A DNA stretch of 64,000 bases from contig NC_043015.1 in the NCBI RefSeq assembly GCF_006345805.1, forward strand, positions 31,062,001 to 31,126,000. The letters run 5' to 3'. The translations under genes were made by a program, and so were the position numbers. This document shows positions 1-13,500 of this stretch, piece after piece. The notes beneath the pieces are model-generated. The model saw nothing but the letters and a program-made list of their open reading frames with translations. It was not told where the DNA came from and searched no databases. Positions within the stretch are counted from its first letter, which is position 1, and each line of letters begins with the position of its first letter. This DNA comes from Octopus sinensis (taxonomy: Eukaryota).

Positions 1-617
1 ATGCAGCTATCATCCCGAACTGTATGAGCCAGTTAGTCTCCATACCTGCTCGTATTTGGTTAGTAAACTTTCTGTATTAACCGGCATATAGGTCACGCGT
101 TCGTAAATAATGTAATCCTTTAGTTTGCAAGTATATTTTACGGGAAGAAAAAACAAAAATAGATTTAATATTCCATCATACATTTATTGAAGATTATTTT
201 GAAGTTGTATGTAGGAAGAAATGTGCACTTAAATACAATGCTTTGACAGCATACCAGAACAAAGTATGAACTCATAAATTTATCGGAAATGAATACTGTT
301 ATATATCTATCGTATTTCAACTTTATCTTCTTACAGATCAGCTTTATAGTTGTTTATTTCTTAGTCAAAAGAATTGCCATACAGGATGTAAAATTCGTGT
401 TTTTGGCCATAACGTTTTGTGATACGACGATCGGCCACAGGTAGGTACAACACCGCTATGGTTTTGCTTTCATCCACTTACTTCTTCCTTATAGTTGACA
501 GATGTGATGAATCTCGGCTGACAGGCTGAGCAATATCGACAATCACGCCTGTTTCATTTCAAATGAACAACACTGGCTCTTCAAATTCTTCAGAATTGTT
601 TGTAAATTAGGGATATA

Positions 618-830
618 TGCCATGATAGATCGTTAGCTCCTACACGCATTTTTTCTCTCCTTGTTTTTTTTCTGTATTCCTTTCTGTCGAAGAGCGTAGA
701 CTCGAAACGTAAAAGACTTGTTCTATTTCTATTCCTGAGCGCCATATTAATACATTTGTTTGTTTGTACTCCACCTGCCTTCGTCTTTTGTTTATTTTCG
801 TAAACCTTCCCGTTATATATATATACCGGA
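618..830 (+). mobile_element. Penelope-like short repeat (second copy at 62428-62620)
   Basis: Clear homology between 618-830 and 62428-62620, including a gaagagc..ctcgaaacgt motif. Confidence 0.55.
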
Positions 831-896
831 GTAAACACATAAATGTGAAACAAGGTGGAAAAAAGAGTACTCAAATACCAGTGGTAGAGTAATATG

Positions 897-1052
897 CTTT
901 ATTTAAAGCAGCAGAAAATTCAACAAAACCTGTTACTCTGAGTTTCCCGTTGCCGTTCATCGGACAGTTTTTTCTAGCAAAACTGTCCGATGAACGGCAA
1001 CGGGAAACTCAGAGTAACAGGTTTTGTTGAATTTTCTGCTGCTTTAAATAAA

Positions 1053-1053
<1 letters not shown>
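897..1053. repeat. Perfect 75-bp inverted repeat, 7-nt spacer
   Basis: 897-971 versus 979-1053, checked base by base. Confidence 0.95.

Positions 1054-1112
<59 letters not shown>
1054..1112. repeat. (TA)n abutting the 75-bp palindrome
   Basis: Direct inspection. Confidence 0.95.
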
Positions 1113-1115
<3 letters not shown>

Positions 1116-2065
1116 CCAGGTTGGTTAGTGTGTCTCAAGCCCTGGTATAATTTCAATTTCTTAGTTCCAGTAAGTCGTGTATAAACAGTGGAAAGAAATA
1201 CTAGAAAACGAGTTGCAATTAACTGCTACATTTTTTATTCAACCCTAAATGAATTGGTACAGCAACAAGTTGGTTACATCATGATGATACTGCCTGAAGA
1301 AAAATATACATATTTGCTTCTCAATCAGTCGGAACTTGGTGATGTGTGCTGAGCAGACAGGAACAGAAATACGTCACATCCCTTCTTGCAGTCCCTCATA
1401 TCCTCTCTGGTTACTGGTACATGGTGAACAAAAACACACGTAGCGCATCAAAACTACCCGCAGAATAACTCTCCTCTCCGTGTGCCTTTTCCCCACTTCA
1501 CTGGCGAAAAGAAGAAAGATACTCCGAATTGAAGATGATTGAGGACTCCAAGGAGCAAACAATATCTTGGCGCCCCTTGTTTGGGTACTAACGTATCCAA
1601 TTTCAACATTGGGCTTGGTCAATGTGTTACACCAGCACATGACCAATCGTAGAACACCAGCGCAGGAGCCATTTTCTGACTGTAACGTTTTGTGAGACGA
1701 CCATCGGCCCCAGGTATGACAAACAGTCTCGTTACAGGTAGAATTTATCTGTCTTTCATAATTTGTTTCAGACTTTTAAAAAATTATTTTTACAGCATCC
1801 AAAATACTGAATATTGCCAAAATTCTTTTAGTGTAGGACCGCCTTCTTTATTGGTATGTTTTCTTAATTCTGTCGAAAATAGCACAGGTTAACTGTTGCA
1901 ATTACACCCTGAACCATTGGTTACAAATATGGCGTATTTAGTGTCAGAAACGCTAATCTAATATTTAGATAGTGATATAATGGAGATTATGGATAATAAG
2001 GTTCATTTTCTATGACCAGTAACACATGAAATAGAATAGTTTCGTCTCCCAATATTTTTCTACTT

Positions 2066-2281
2066 TAAGGCGGAAGTTAACAGAATCGTTAGCACAACGG
2101 GCAAAATGCTTGGCGCCATTTCGTCTGTCTTCTCGTTCTGTGTTCAAATGCTGCCGGGGTCGACTTTACCTTTCATAATTTCGGGGTCGATAAACCAAGT
2201 ACATGTTGATCATTGGGGCCAATGTAATCGACTTATCCCCTCACCCAAAATCGCTGGCCTTGTGCCAAAATTTGAAACCAA
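2066..2281 (+). mobile_element. tRNA-derived SINE family A (diverged)
   Basis: aaggcgg..cagaatcgttagc head, degenerate B-box (gtgttcaaatgc), ggggtcgataaa body; about 18 copies in the window. Confidence 0.8.
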
Positions 2282-5049
2282 TATTTTTGTACTTCGGGCA
2301 CAGCAAAATGTGATATGAAAACCACCCTTCAAGTTACCGAAACTTTTTTCTTTCCTTTTCATGTGATTAGAGTATATCTTTGATGATTTATGGTACGAGA
2401 CACAAGTATGTCTCTTAACCTACAGGTTCCTGTAGCCTTACCTTTAAACGATTACGGCAACTGACCATCAGCGACTTTAAAATCTTTCAAAATAAGCGTT
2501 TCATCTACCTGAAAAATTTGTGAGGATGTGATACCCTATTCTGTTATTTTATCTTCTTTTTTTTTTTGCTGGGGGAATTACTGCTTCGTTATCAACACTA
2601 ACAGCTTCTTCCTGCACTTTTACATTTTACGAACTAACTAGGTTTTTTTTTTAATCTATAAAACCAACAATTGCATATACCAAACGTTTTGTCACAGTTG
2701 CCGCCTTATCTTCATACGTCTTAAAAGTAGATAAGGCCTTAGCGCAAATAACAACTTGCATAAAAGGCGTCTTTAATCATTGTATTTGATCAGTTATCCT
2801 CGTTAATAAAAGCTTTTCTATGCATCAAGTGAATAAGGCTGACTGCTTCTTTATTATGTACTCTCGTAGGTTGCAAATGAGCACTTTTAAAAAAAAATTC
2901 CATTCGAATATTATGTTGTAAACATAAAAATCGTAGATGGAGTGTGTTGATACAAATGAAATGAAGAACTTTCATTTTTAATGCTTTTCTTTTTACTAGC
3001 TATGTGTTGCTTTATTATCATGAATTTTGTTTCTATAGTTTTTTATTGTTTTCGATTCTTTGTACTGTCAGTAATATTCTCCCTCATACTATCTTTTCCT
3101 TTTAGCGTATTGGAACAGTGAATTAACCACAAAAATTTTTAAACAAAAAAGTAAGGGTTGACATAACAGTTTACCTTCGTAAAATGTCAAAGTAAATTGT
3201 CCTTTAAAAAACCACTCTGCTAGCACCTATACTTTATCCTATTGTACACATGTGTAAATAAAGTCTTCTCTCTCAAACAGTAGAATGGTTATCGTCCTCA
3301 TTATTCCTTTTAGCACTTATTCTTTTATTCCATGTATTTTGGCTATCTTCTTTTGTGGGACGACCGTGCGGCGTTAAAAAGGAGACATTTCTGTCACCAA
3401 ATCCTTTATGTACGATTGTATCTCTACACACTCCTCACGAACGCAGGTTCGTGAGATGGCTGTGATCTGTAAACAGTTTTGTGTAGGAACGGAAAGAGAC
3501 GTATGAACACACAATGCGCATGTGAATGCTGGATTCGTAAGACAGAAGAGAAGCATAAAAACGCAATGTGCATGTCAAAAAAAATAAAAAATAAAAAACG
3601 CAATGCAAATGTCAAACAAGTTATATGATGGTGTGCATGCCACGTTTGACACCACTATCACGCAGGTTTGCTGTCATTTTTCCTGCTTTTAGAATGACAT
3701 TGTAGGGTAGGTGTGAGAGGCTGGATCTGACCTGTTTGAACATATCCATCCCAGTATTCGGGCTGGATCTAGCTGGTGTAAAAGTTAAAAGGTTAAATAA
3801 GTAAAATAGAGAATGGTCCTAACTAGAACGCACATTTTTAAATCATAGATCTACTCGGCCTGAATTGACCAGGGGCAGAGGGTGGGAATAAACAACAACA
3901 CCAATAACATCTCACTCTGCAGCAGATAGCATAGGCAGTAGAATAGAGGCTAACTTCTTGATTCATTATCCACTTGATTATATAAATTTTATTTTAAGAA
4001 GACTCTGCCTGATTGGTTGAATCAAAACAAAGGACTTGAACCTTTTCTTTAAAGATCAAAAATTTATATGCCCATACACCAAATTGTAATGTACTTTATT
4101 TAAACATTATATTTAAACCAATTGTTTGGAAAACAACCATACTTTTCATACTAATAAAACAAAATATTTTTGATAATTTTTATTTTATAATTATTCCTAA
4201 AAATTGAAAATCTTTCGTGCAAACTACACTACAAAAACATATATACTACACATACTATGTACACTACACATATTGGTTGAATCATGTAACTGTTTTAATC
4301 ACAAACCTTCTGTTTTCAGTCGTCAAGATAAGAGATACTGCTGTCGCCTGGATACCGTTTTTCTGGGATTGTAACCACTGCGTATCTTTTGTTGAGTCAT
4401 TGAGATAGTTTTCTATCTTAGCTCTGGATGTCGTTTGATCAAAACAAAAAAAAATATATCTTTTGTCCCAGACACAATAATGACTAACAGATTATAGTGA
4501 TACAAACATTGGTCAAGATGGTAGATAAATTTTGTGTTCACTGGTAGCTCAAATTTGTTTAGTGTATACAAATTCTTTTGGTTTGACCCTTTTACTTGTT
4601 TCAAATTCTTCTGTTTCTATTTTTTGTATTAATTTTAAGCAGCTCGAAGGGTCAGTTGATGTAAACTTTCAAAGCGTTAACATTTCTGAAACAGATGCAA
4701 TACTGACACATTTATATGCATTATATAATTAAGGAAAATTCTGGCAATCATTTTATATTTTTTAATGCGTTAACTAAGAATAATTGTATTTAAGAGATGA
4801 ATGAACATGATGAGATAAGGGGTTGTACAATTTACAATATTGTTTACGTAGCTTTTCGTTGTTGTCTTTCGGCATTATGGAAGGGAGACAGTCCAATCCT
4901 AGTAAGCTGCAAATACAACGAAACTTGTTGGTTTCGATCCTCATTCAAGCTAACAAAAGCTAAGCCCTGTGTTCTAACTACAGACCCTACTTTCACAGTG
5001 AAGTAAATGTTTGTTAAACTCGTAGACAGGCATATGACCAAACTTTGGT

Positions 5050-5318
5050 ACCTAGTGGTGCTTCAGAATATCCTGGATGAATGCGCATCTAGGCTCAGCG
5101 GTTGCGTAGGAAGTCGGGGACAAGAAACAGGAAGAAAGAGTGAGAGAAACTTGGAGCGAAAGAGTATAACAGGGGTCGCCACCACCCCCTGCCGGAGCCT
5201 CGTGGAGCTTTGGGTGTTTTTGCTCAATAAACACACACAACGCCCAGTCTGGGAATCAAAACCATGATCCTCCGACCACGAGTCCGCTGCCCTAACCACT
5301 GGGCCATTGAGCCTCCAC
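5050..5318 (-). mobile_element. tRNA-derived SINE (third head type)
   Basis: Minus strand tggcccagtggttagggcagcggactc...gattcccagactgg: A-box and B-box-like. Confidence 0.65.
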
Positions 5319-5761
5319 TGCTACTGCTGCAGCAACTGTAGTTACTTTGTTGGTCTTTGAAACATGATCAGTGTAGCAGTCTCTTTTCCTTCCATCTAAA
5401 GACTGATGTCTTCACTAGCACTGTAAATAATGGCAATGCTGTTGTTATTCTCCAGCCCAGCTCTTTAATGGAGCATGTATCAGGGAAGCCCTCTTGCTAC
5501 CTCCTCATTGAAGCAGTCTGTAGGCGTTAAAGCAGCTGTAATTTACAATGAAAAATAAAGAATGAGAGTGAAATAAAATTACAACAGTTGTGCCCTGAAG
5601 AGCACAATTTGGAGCCTTCCTTTTCACTAAAGTGAAACTGGAGTACTTAACTAACTATTGAACAAAAAATTCCCAACAATAAACAACTTTTTCCAACAAA
5701 ATTTAACAAACCTTCAGAGCTGATGTAAACATGTCCAAGCAATCAATAATAATAATAATCA

Positions 5762-6204
5762 CTTCTACTATAGGCACAAGGCCTGAAATTTAAGGGGAGG
5801 GGATTAGTCAATTACATTTACTGGTACTTAATTTATCGATCCTGAAAGGATGAGAAGCAAAGCTGACCTCAGCAGAATTTGAACTAAGAATGTAAAGATG
5901 GATAAAATGCCACTAAGCATTTTGCCCTGGGTGCTAACGATTCTGCCAGCTTGATGCCCTAATAATAATAATAATAATAATAATTAATAATGGTTTCAAA
6001 TTTTGGCACAAGGCCAGCAATTTCAGGGGAGGAGGCTAGTCAATTTCATTGACCTGTGTTCAATTGGTACTTATTTTATCAATCTCAAAATGATGAAAGA
6101 CGAAGATGACCTCAGCAGCATTTGAAAGCAGAACATGAAACTCAAAAGAAATACCATTAAGCATTTTGTCCAGTGTAGTAATGGTTCAGCCAGCTCGCCG
6201 CCTT
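5762..6204 (-). mobile_element. Two adjacent SINE-A copies separated by (TAA)n
   Basis: 5762-5960 and 5992-6204 match family A. Confidence 0.75.
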
Positions 6205-6231
6205 TATGATGATAATAATAATAATAATAAC

Positions 6232-6810
6232 TGCCCTGATGCAGTACCAGACAATGGCTCTCGTGGCTTCTGATCTTAACTGATTGGAAGTGTTATCATG
6301 TATATTCTTTTGTCTTGGTATAAAAGATGGGCTACAGCAAATATTCTGCTCAATACCACAGATTTGCTTGACCTTAACCAGTTGAACATGTCCCTCAGTG
6401 GCTGATGATATATGCATCTCTGATCACAAGCAGAAGTAGTGGGGTAGCATCATAGCCATGTGTTGAGAGGGATTCTTTGGGGTTAGGATAATTCACCTTT
6501 GGAAACAAGGGTGGTTCGTTCAACATTCTTAAACAATCCTTAGTCAGGGACCTTTTGAGCGGGATGGGCTACTCGACCAGAAGAAAATTCTAACTGGGCC
6601 CCACCTGCAAGGTCATATGCTGTTTATCTTGATATGAGATAACCATATCGTGCACATAAGGTTGTGATGCATGTGCCTGGTGTACCCTTATCAGACGGGT
6701 AGTCATGATGGGTATACTGGGCTTCGTATACTTTACCTCAGTGTCACTTTGATGGCATTCACTGCTCTCTCACTCAATAACAATAATAATAATAATAATA
6801 ATAATAATAA
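6232..6810 (+). mobile_element. Retroposon 3' fragment ending in ctctcactc(aat)n
   Basis: Non-coding ~550 bp with an (AAT)n tail; family not assigned. Confidence 0.45.
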
Positions 6811-8320
6811 TCAAAAGAAGAAAATAGATGAACTACTTTTACAAAACAACAAGAATTTATTTGTATAGACCAGAAGAGATATATCAAGTTAAGATCACAT
6901 TTTGTACACCTGAGAAAAAAAGTATCAAACAATTTTACAATCAATTCATTTTTTGTTATTTAATTATATTTGTTTTTTATTCATTCAATCATTTTTAAAT
7001 ATTTTTTTAAAATTTTTTATTTCTTTATACGTTTGTAGTTGAATCATTTCTGTTTACCAAAATGTCAATGGTCCACAGAAAAAAGGAATAAGTTGTTTGA
7101 ATTCTTAAAAAGTTTCATTGTTTTTGTTGTTGCATTGTCAAAAGATTTTTCTTTCTTTTTTTTTTGTTTTTTTTTGTCTGGATTTGTGTGTGTTTTGTTT
7201 CATATTTTCTTTGTTACCATCAAGTAGAAAGAAGTAGACTTTTTCTTTTGTTTTTCTTTTTCTTTTCAATTTTGCAGGAAATTTTTTAAAAGAAAAACAA
7301 ACTGTTTTAAATTAAAAAAGAGAAAAGGAGAGAGAAGAGAGAGAGAGAGAGAAAAGAAATAGAAAAACAAAAGTTTTCTCTTTATTATTTTTTGTTTTGC
7401 TTTTTTTTTCCTTTAAAAATATCTTTGAGGAGGAAAAAAATTTTAAAATAGTAAAAAATAAAAAATGATAAATGAAAGGGACCCATGACAGCAGCCCCAA
7501 AACTTCCAAATGAATTTAAGGACTGAGGACACTGTGATAGAAGGCAACCAGGAAAGGGAGAAAGATCATGACAAGTGGGGGTGGGGGAGTGGGGTCAGTC
7601 AGCAGTTTCCAGCCTGAATATAAGGGTTTAAGAAAAAGGGTCAAAGAGAGGGGTAGATTTGTAAGTAAAATCAGGTAGAGTTTTTGTGTATTATACACAC
7701 ACACAAATATATATATATATATACACATATGTATACACACACATATATACATGCACACACATACACACACACACATACATATATATATACATATATATAT
7801 ACGCACACACACACATATATATATAATACAAAGTATGATATATTCGTGAATCATCAACAAGGATATTCAAATAAATAATGGCTTCTGATTTAATCTCCTA
7901 CTTTTGTTAATATAGATGTCAGGGAAAATTGAACAAAATAAAACTATTGTAAAATACTTAATGATTTATCAAAGACCCATTTCATTTCAAATTCTGGCTT
8001 GAAATCTGATGCTGAAATGTGAAAGTAGAAATACAAAGCCTTGGGAACGGCTTACTTGAGAGTCATTGATGACAATCAGGCAGCGAAACAAATATTCAAA
8101 TTTTGGCAGCTTTAAAGCTTCGTAAATTCTCTCCGATTACGATGCAGCAGTTTCTTTCTACAACAGAAAACCCTTAAATATATTTATTTCTGAAGCTCCC
8201 TTTGACTGACACCAGATGACCAAAGATAGGTAAGAATCTGTACGTTTATTTCATGTATCTTGTTGATTTGCGAATATATGGCGCCTTGTATAAGGAAAAT
8301 ATGTGTATTGTGCATGCATG

Positions 8321-8374
<54 letters not shown>

Positions 8375-8559
8375 TCTGCATTAGGATGAGCCCTCTGGTT
8401 TTGTAACATAGATAGGATATAATATATATGTGTGTGTGTGTGTATATATATATATGTGCTAGTTGTTGCTTGTAATTATGTATGTGTATAAATGTGTGTA
8501 TATACATATAACTATGTGTGTATGTGCGATTGATCTGTAGATGCGTGTGTGAATATTGG

Positions 8560-8747
8560 CGTTCCTTGACTAACCAACCGTATAATTTTCTTTTGTGATT
8601 TAAATTTCAAACCAATAGCCAATCGAATTAATCTATATTTTCTTTACCTAGTGGTCAGCATTTCTTAACTCATAGTTATTTCGATCTTGTAAGGATGGAC
8701 TTGGTGCTAACTTAACTGTATCTATTTTTTATTATATTTTTTTATTA

Positions 8748-8782
<35 letters not shown>

Positions 8783-9420
8783 AGTAATTTTTATTAACTT
8801 TTATAGCTTTAGAATCTTATGAACTGTACCACGGATTTAATTATTGTTTTTCATCTCCATATATGTTAGCTTTTTTTTTATATATATTTTTTAAAAAAAC
8901 TATTAGCCAAATATGTATAATATCGGTACTTATTGATATTAATATATACATTATTATATATTTTGTTTTATTTTGTTCTGTTTACCTTCCTTTTTTGTAC
9001 AAATGTGTATTATATTATATAAGTGTAGCTTTATGATGTATAAGTTTTTATATTTTACATTTTTATATTTTTATATTTATATGTATATGATTGTATATTA
9101 TTTTTCACTATTATAACAAATTTAATTTAATTCTCTGAAGAGGCCGTGGGGCATCCTTGTTAATGCCTCATTTATACCTGCCTTTATGGCTTATAGGTTA
9201 AATGAGGTATGACTGTCCTCACTGCCGAAACAGCTGTCAGTTTTGATTTATATCATATTTGATAATTTTTTACTTATATCTCTTTATCTTTTTACTATTA
9301 CTGTATATCTCATTTCATTTTATGTATTGCCTTTACTCATATGTAATGGTGTATTAAAGTATGGATTGAGTTTCATCGGATAGTTGATGTTTTACTGATT
9401 TAAGTATATTCTCCATTCTC
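8560..9420 (+). mobile_element. Penelope-like element terminal/LTR-like fragment
   Basis: AT-rich repeat containing the ctgaagag...ccgaaacagctgtc hammerhead signature; extent approximate. Confidence 0.45.
9133..9240 (+). ncRNA. Type I hammerhead ribozyme motif in a Penelope-like repeat
   Basis: CT-CUGAAGA(9135-41)-GGC...long helix II...GCC-GAAA(9227-30)-C-AGCT-GUC(9236-38)-AG; palindromic helix III loop typical of PLE hammerheads. Confidence 0.7.
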
Positions 9421-9434
9421 TAATTTTGTAGTAT

Positions 9435-9472
<38 letters not shown>

Positions 9473-10572
9473 ATATATACACACACACAAATACATACAC
9501 ACACAAATACATACATACAAAGACAAATTTATTAGTAGGAATAAACAGGGTTTGACACCAACTCCATTATCCTGCATATATACATATATATGTGCCAATA
9601 TATATACGTATATATGTGTATACATATATGTGCATATACATATATATGATATACATACATATATATGTATATATACATATATGATATATACAAACATATG
9701 TCAGGAAGTCAGAAAGACCATGGTGGTGCTCCAGCATGACCATAGTCGCATGGCTGAAACGAACAGAAGAGTAAAACAATAATATATGTAAACATACATA
9801 TATGTGTGTGTATATATATATATATACACACATACGTACATACATATATGTTTATATATATATGTATTTATATATGTATATATATATATATGTATTTATA
9901 TACACACATACATATATGCACAGCTATATATATATATATATATCAGGGAGGTGCCACCAAGGTAGGCTGTGCCTAATTGAATAAAATAGATCAACAGCAA
10001 CATTTTCCACACATGTCAAAGTGTGCAACTAATTCAATAAAATGATAAAGGTTAGTTTGATTTCTATGCAAAAAATGAAAAAACGCTTAATTTTTATTTT
10101 TGTAGATTGGTTAGGAATATTTCACCTCTAGTCTTCTATCTCAGTATTTAAGCCATACATAGTACTGCTGTAGTATACCTGCTGCATACATTCCTATAAC
10201 ACTATTTTCTTTATATGCTATAAAGGCAGAAGTTGATCACTTTTATTTTGTGTTTTACTACATAAAGGCTGCCAACTGCCTACCCTGATTGATTACCGAG
10301 GGTGCAAATTACCTATGCCAACCCTGGGCATGAGTATGCAAGTATACTATGCAGGTAAGATACAGGTAATAACAGAATAAACGAGTTTATCAGGAATTAA
10401 ATTTAAAATGAGCAGAAAATGGAGTTTTCTCTATTTTCTGCTCATTGAAAATTTTATACATATGTATACAAATATATACATATACATGTATATATACATA
10501 TATACAAATATATAGACACATTTATATAAACATATATATACATACACAGACATACCCATATATATATATATG

Positions 10573-10752
10573 TACAAAAATAAGGGCAAAAGAAAAATTC
10601 TAATGCCAAATATGCCGAAAAAAAGACAAAAATTGTCAATAACCATTATAATTTATAAATTTATACGCATAAATTATAATGGTTATTGACAATTTTTGTC
10701 TTTTTTTCGGCATATTTGGCATTAGAATTTTTCTTTTGCCCTTATTTTTGTA
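10573..10752. repeat. Perfect 84-bp inverted repeat, 12-nt spacer
   Basis: 10573-10656 versus 10669-10752, including homopolymer lengths. Confidence 0.95.
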
Positions 10753-10851
10753 AATTATTTATAAATTTAACCTTTAAAGATATTTTTTGATATGCTGGCC
10801 ATTGATAAATTTTTTTTTTCCCGAAAAATTTTTTATCCTACATTAATTATA

Positions 10852-10896
<45 letters not shown>

Positions 10897-11309
10897 ATAT
10901 TCAGTTATTTAGCCATTGGAGTTAAGATCATGTAGGAGTATATATTTGTTTGCAAGAATATATGTGTGTGTGTGTGTGTAATTCCTTACATCCATCATTC
11001 CTAAAGCCATGCTGGAGCATATGTTTGTTTGAGAGAGTAAGAAATATATGTTGACACAGAAAAAGAGAGTGGGAGAGATAGAGGGAGGAGAGAGAGAGAG
11101 AGGGTGGGTCACCATGCAAGAATTACAAATAACATTCAAACCCAAAAATACCAAGTTGTTGAAGATGAAGGCATCTGCTGTGTTTTGTTCAGTACCAAAG
11201 ATTTAGATATAGTGAAGGCAGAAAATAGGGGGAGGGGGGCAGGGAATGAGCGGACAGAGTAAGGAAAAAGAACAAACAGATAATAAAATAATTAATGAGA
11301 TATTTACAT

Positions 11310-11500
11310 ACCCCCTCATATATATATATATATATAAATACATATACATACACATAAGATAATTATATAAAAATACATATATATGTATATATATACATAA
11401 TATATAAAAATACATATATATATATATATATATGTATGTATATATATATATACATAATATATAAAAATACATATATATACATAATATATATAAATACATA

Positions 11501-11540
<40 letters not shown>

Positions 11541-11900
11541 CTATGTATATATACATGATATATATATACACATACATATATATAAATACATAATGTATAT
11601 ATGAATATATACATAAATACATAATGTATATATAAATATATACATAAATACATAATGTATATATAAATATATACATAAATACATAATGTACATATAAATA
11701 TATACATAAATACATAATGTACATATAAATATATACATAAATACATATATATATATATATATATATATAAATATATACATAAATACATATATATATATAT
11801 ATAAATATATACATAAATACATATATATATATATACATACATATATACATATAAATACACATCTATATACATATATATACATACATACATATATATGCAT
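11310..11900. repeat. AT-rich microsatellite block with a 31-bp minisatellite (x5, 11582-11736)
   Basis: Unit ataaatacataatgtatatataaatatatac starts at 11582, 11613, 11644, 11675, 11706. Confidence 0.9.
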
Positions 11901-12252
11901 ATAGATTGGATCCTGGTGCAGCCTCCTGGCTTGCCAGTTCCCGGTCAAACCATCCAACCCATGCCAGCATGGAAAGCAGACGTTAAACGATGATGATGAT
12001 GATATATATATATAAACACATACACATATCTTTTATCTTTCATTTTTTTTCGGTCACTAGACTGTGGCCATACTGGAGCACTGCCTTGAAGTGTTTTTAG
12101 TTAAAAGAAATTGACTCCAGTATTTATTTTATGAAGCCTGCTACTTATTCAGTTAGTCTCTTATTGTTGAACTGCTCCCTTATGGGGACACAAAGAAACC
12201 AACACCAGTTTTCCAAGTGTGGTGAGGAACAAACACAAACATAAAGACACAC

Positions 12253-12299
<47 letters not shown>

Positions 12300-12819
12300 T
12301 ATGTAATGGGCTCATTTGAGCTTCAATCAACCAAATCCACTCCCAAAGTTTTGTTTGGGGTCAGAGCTATAGTAGAAGATACTTGCCCAAGCTGTCATGC
12401 AATGGAACTGAACTCAGAACCATGTGGTTGGGAGGTAAACCTCTTACCACACAGCCATGCCTGTGCTCATATGAGTGTATTTTTTTATATATACATATAT
12501 GCATGTGCATATATGTATATATATATATGTACGCAGGTGGTTGCATAAGAAAATTTTGTAAGAAATATTTCTGGTGATATATCAAATACTGAGGCAGAGT
12601 CCATTTTTATGTACAGAATGGTTAAGAAGCTGACAAAATCAGCAGATAAAAAGGACACGGAGATAAGAGAATAGTAAGGAAGAAGAATCCAAGAAGAAAA
12701 AACATGGAAAAACTGATGAAAGATGAAGAAATAGATGAAAGATGAATATGAAGAAAAAAAAAGACAAGATAAAGAAGAGAATTTTGAGTAATTTCCAAAG
12801 GCACTATACATAAAATAGT

Positions 12820-13080
12820 GTGTGTATGTATGTGCATGTATACATACATACATATATATATTTATATATACATACATATGTAAACATACATATACATAGA
12901 TACATACATATTTCATATATATATATATATATATACACATATATATCATATGTATATACACATACCATACATATTCATAATATATACATATATATACACA
13001 TATATGATATATATTTATAATATATACATATATATCTATCATATATATATACATCATATATATATATACATATATATATC

Positions 13081-13111
<31 letters not shown>

Positions 13112-13500
13112 ATATATATACATATATATATATATTGTATATATACATATGTATATACATATATAGGAAAACCTATTACAGCAGCGACTCCATCAATTCT
13201 TAGGAATATCTGAAGGAGGAATTTTATTCCAAAATATGTCAGACTCTGGATGATTAAACTACAATTGTTTTTCATAGTCTATTGTTTGTATTATAGTGCA
13301 TTGTTGTGTTATTCAAAATATATTCTTCTTTACAAACATACACACACACACATATATACACACATATATATAAATACATGCATATCATATATATATATAT
13401 AAATACATATATATCATATACATATACACATATATACACACACACACACACATATATATATATACATAGATATTTAAATATATACATATAAATATAGTGT
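12820..13500. repeat. (TA)/(CA) compound microsatellite
   Basis: Direct inspection. Confidence 0.9.

Noticed and set aside
503-529. GTGATGA...CTGA as a C/D snoRNA
   Set aside because: Boxes are only ~20 nt apart and there is no terminal stem; too short.
1374-1646. 90-aa ORF in the CpG-rich patch
   Set aside because: No recognisable domain, no convincing splice partners, and the other frames are closed.
5230-5318. Genuine tRNA genes (this and other SINE heads)
   Set aside because: A/B boxes run directly into SINE bodies; no complete cloverleaf or acceptor stem.
6856-6861. AATAAA (minus) as the end of an ~18-kb DGK 3'UTR
   Set aside because: The hexamer is common in this AT-rich DNA; the transcript end cannot be called without 3'-end data.
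11203-11957. Long ORFs rich in Y/I/M/C/V/H/T (also 31508-32084, 55126-55543, 63561-63986 and others)
   Set aside because: Translations of (TA)n/(CA)n microsatellites; no stops simply because of repeat composition.
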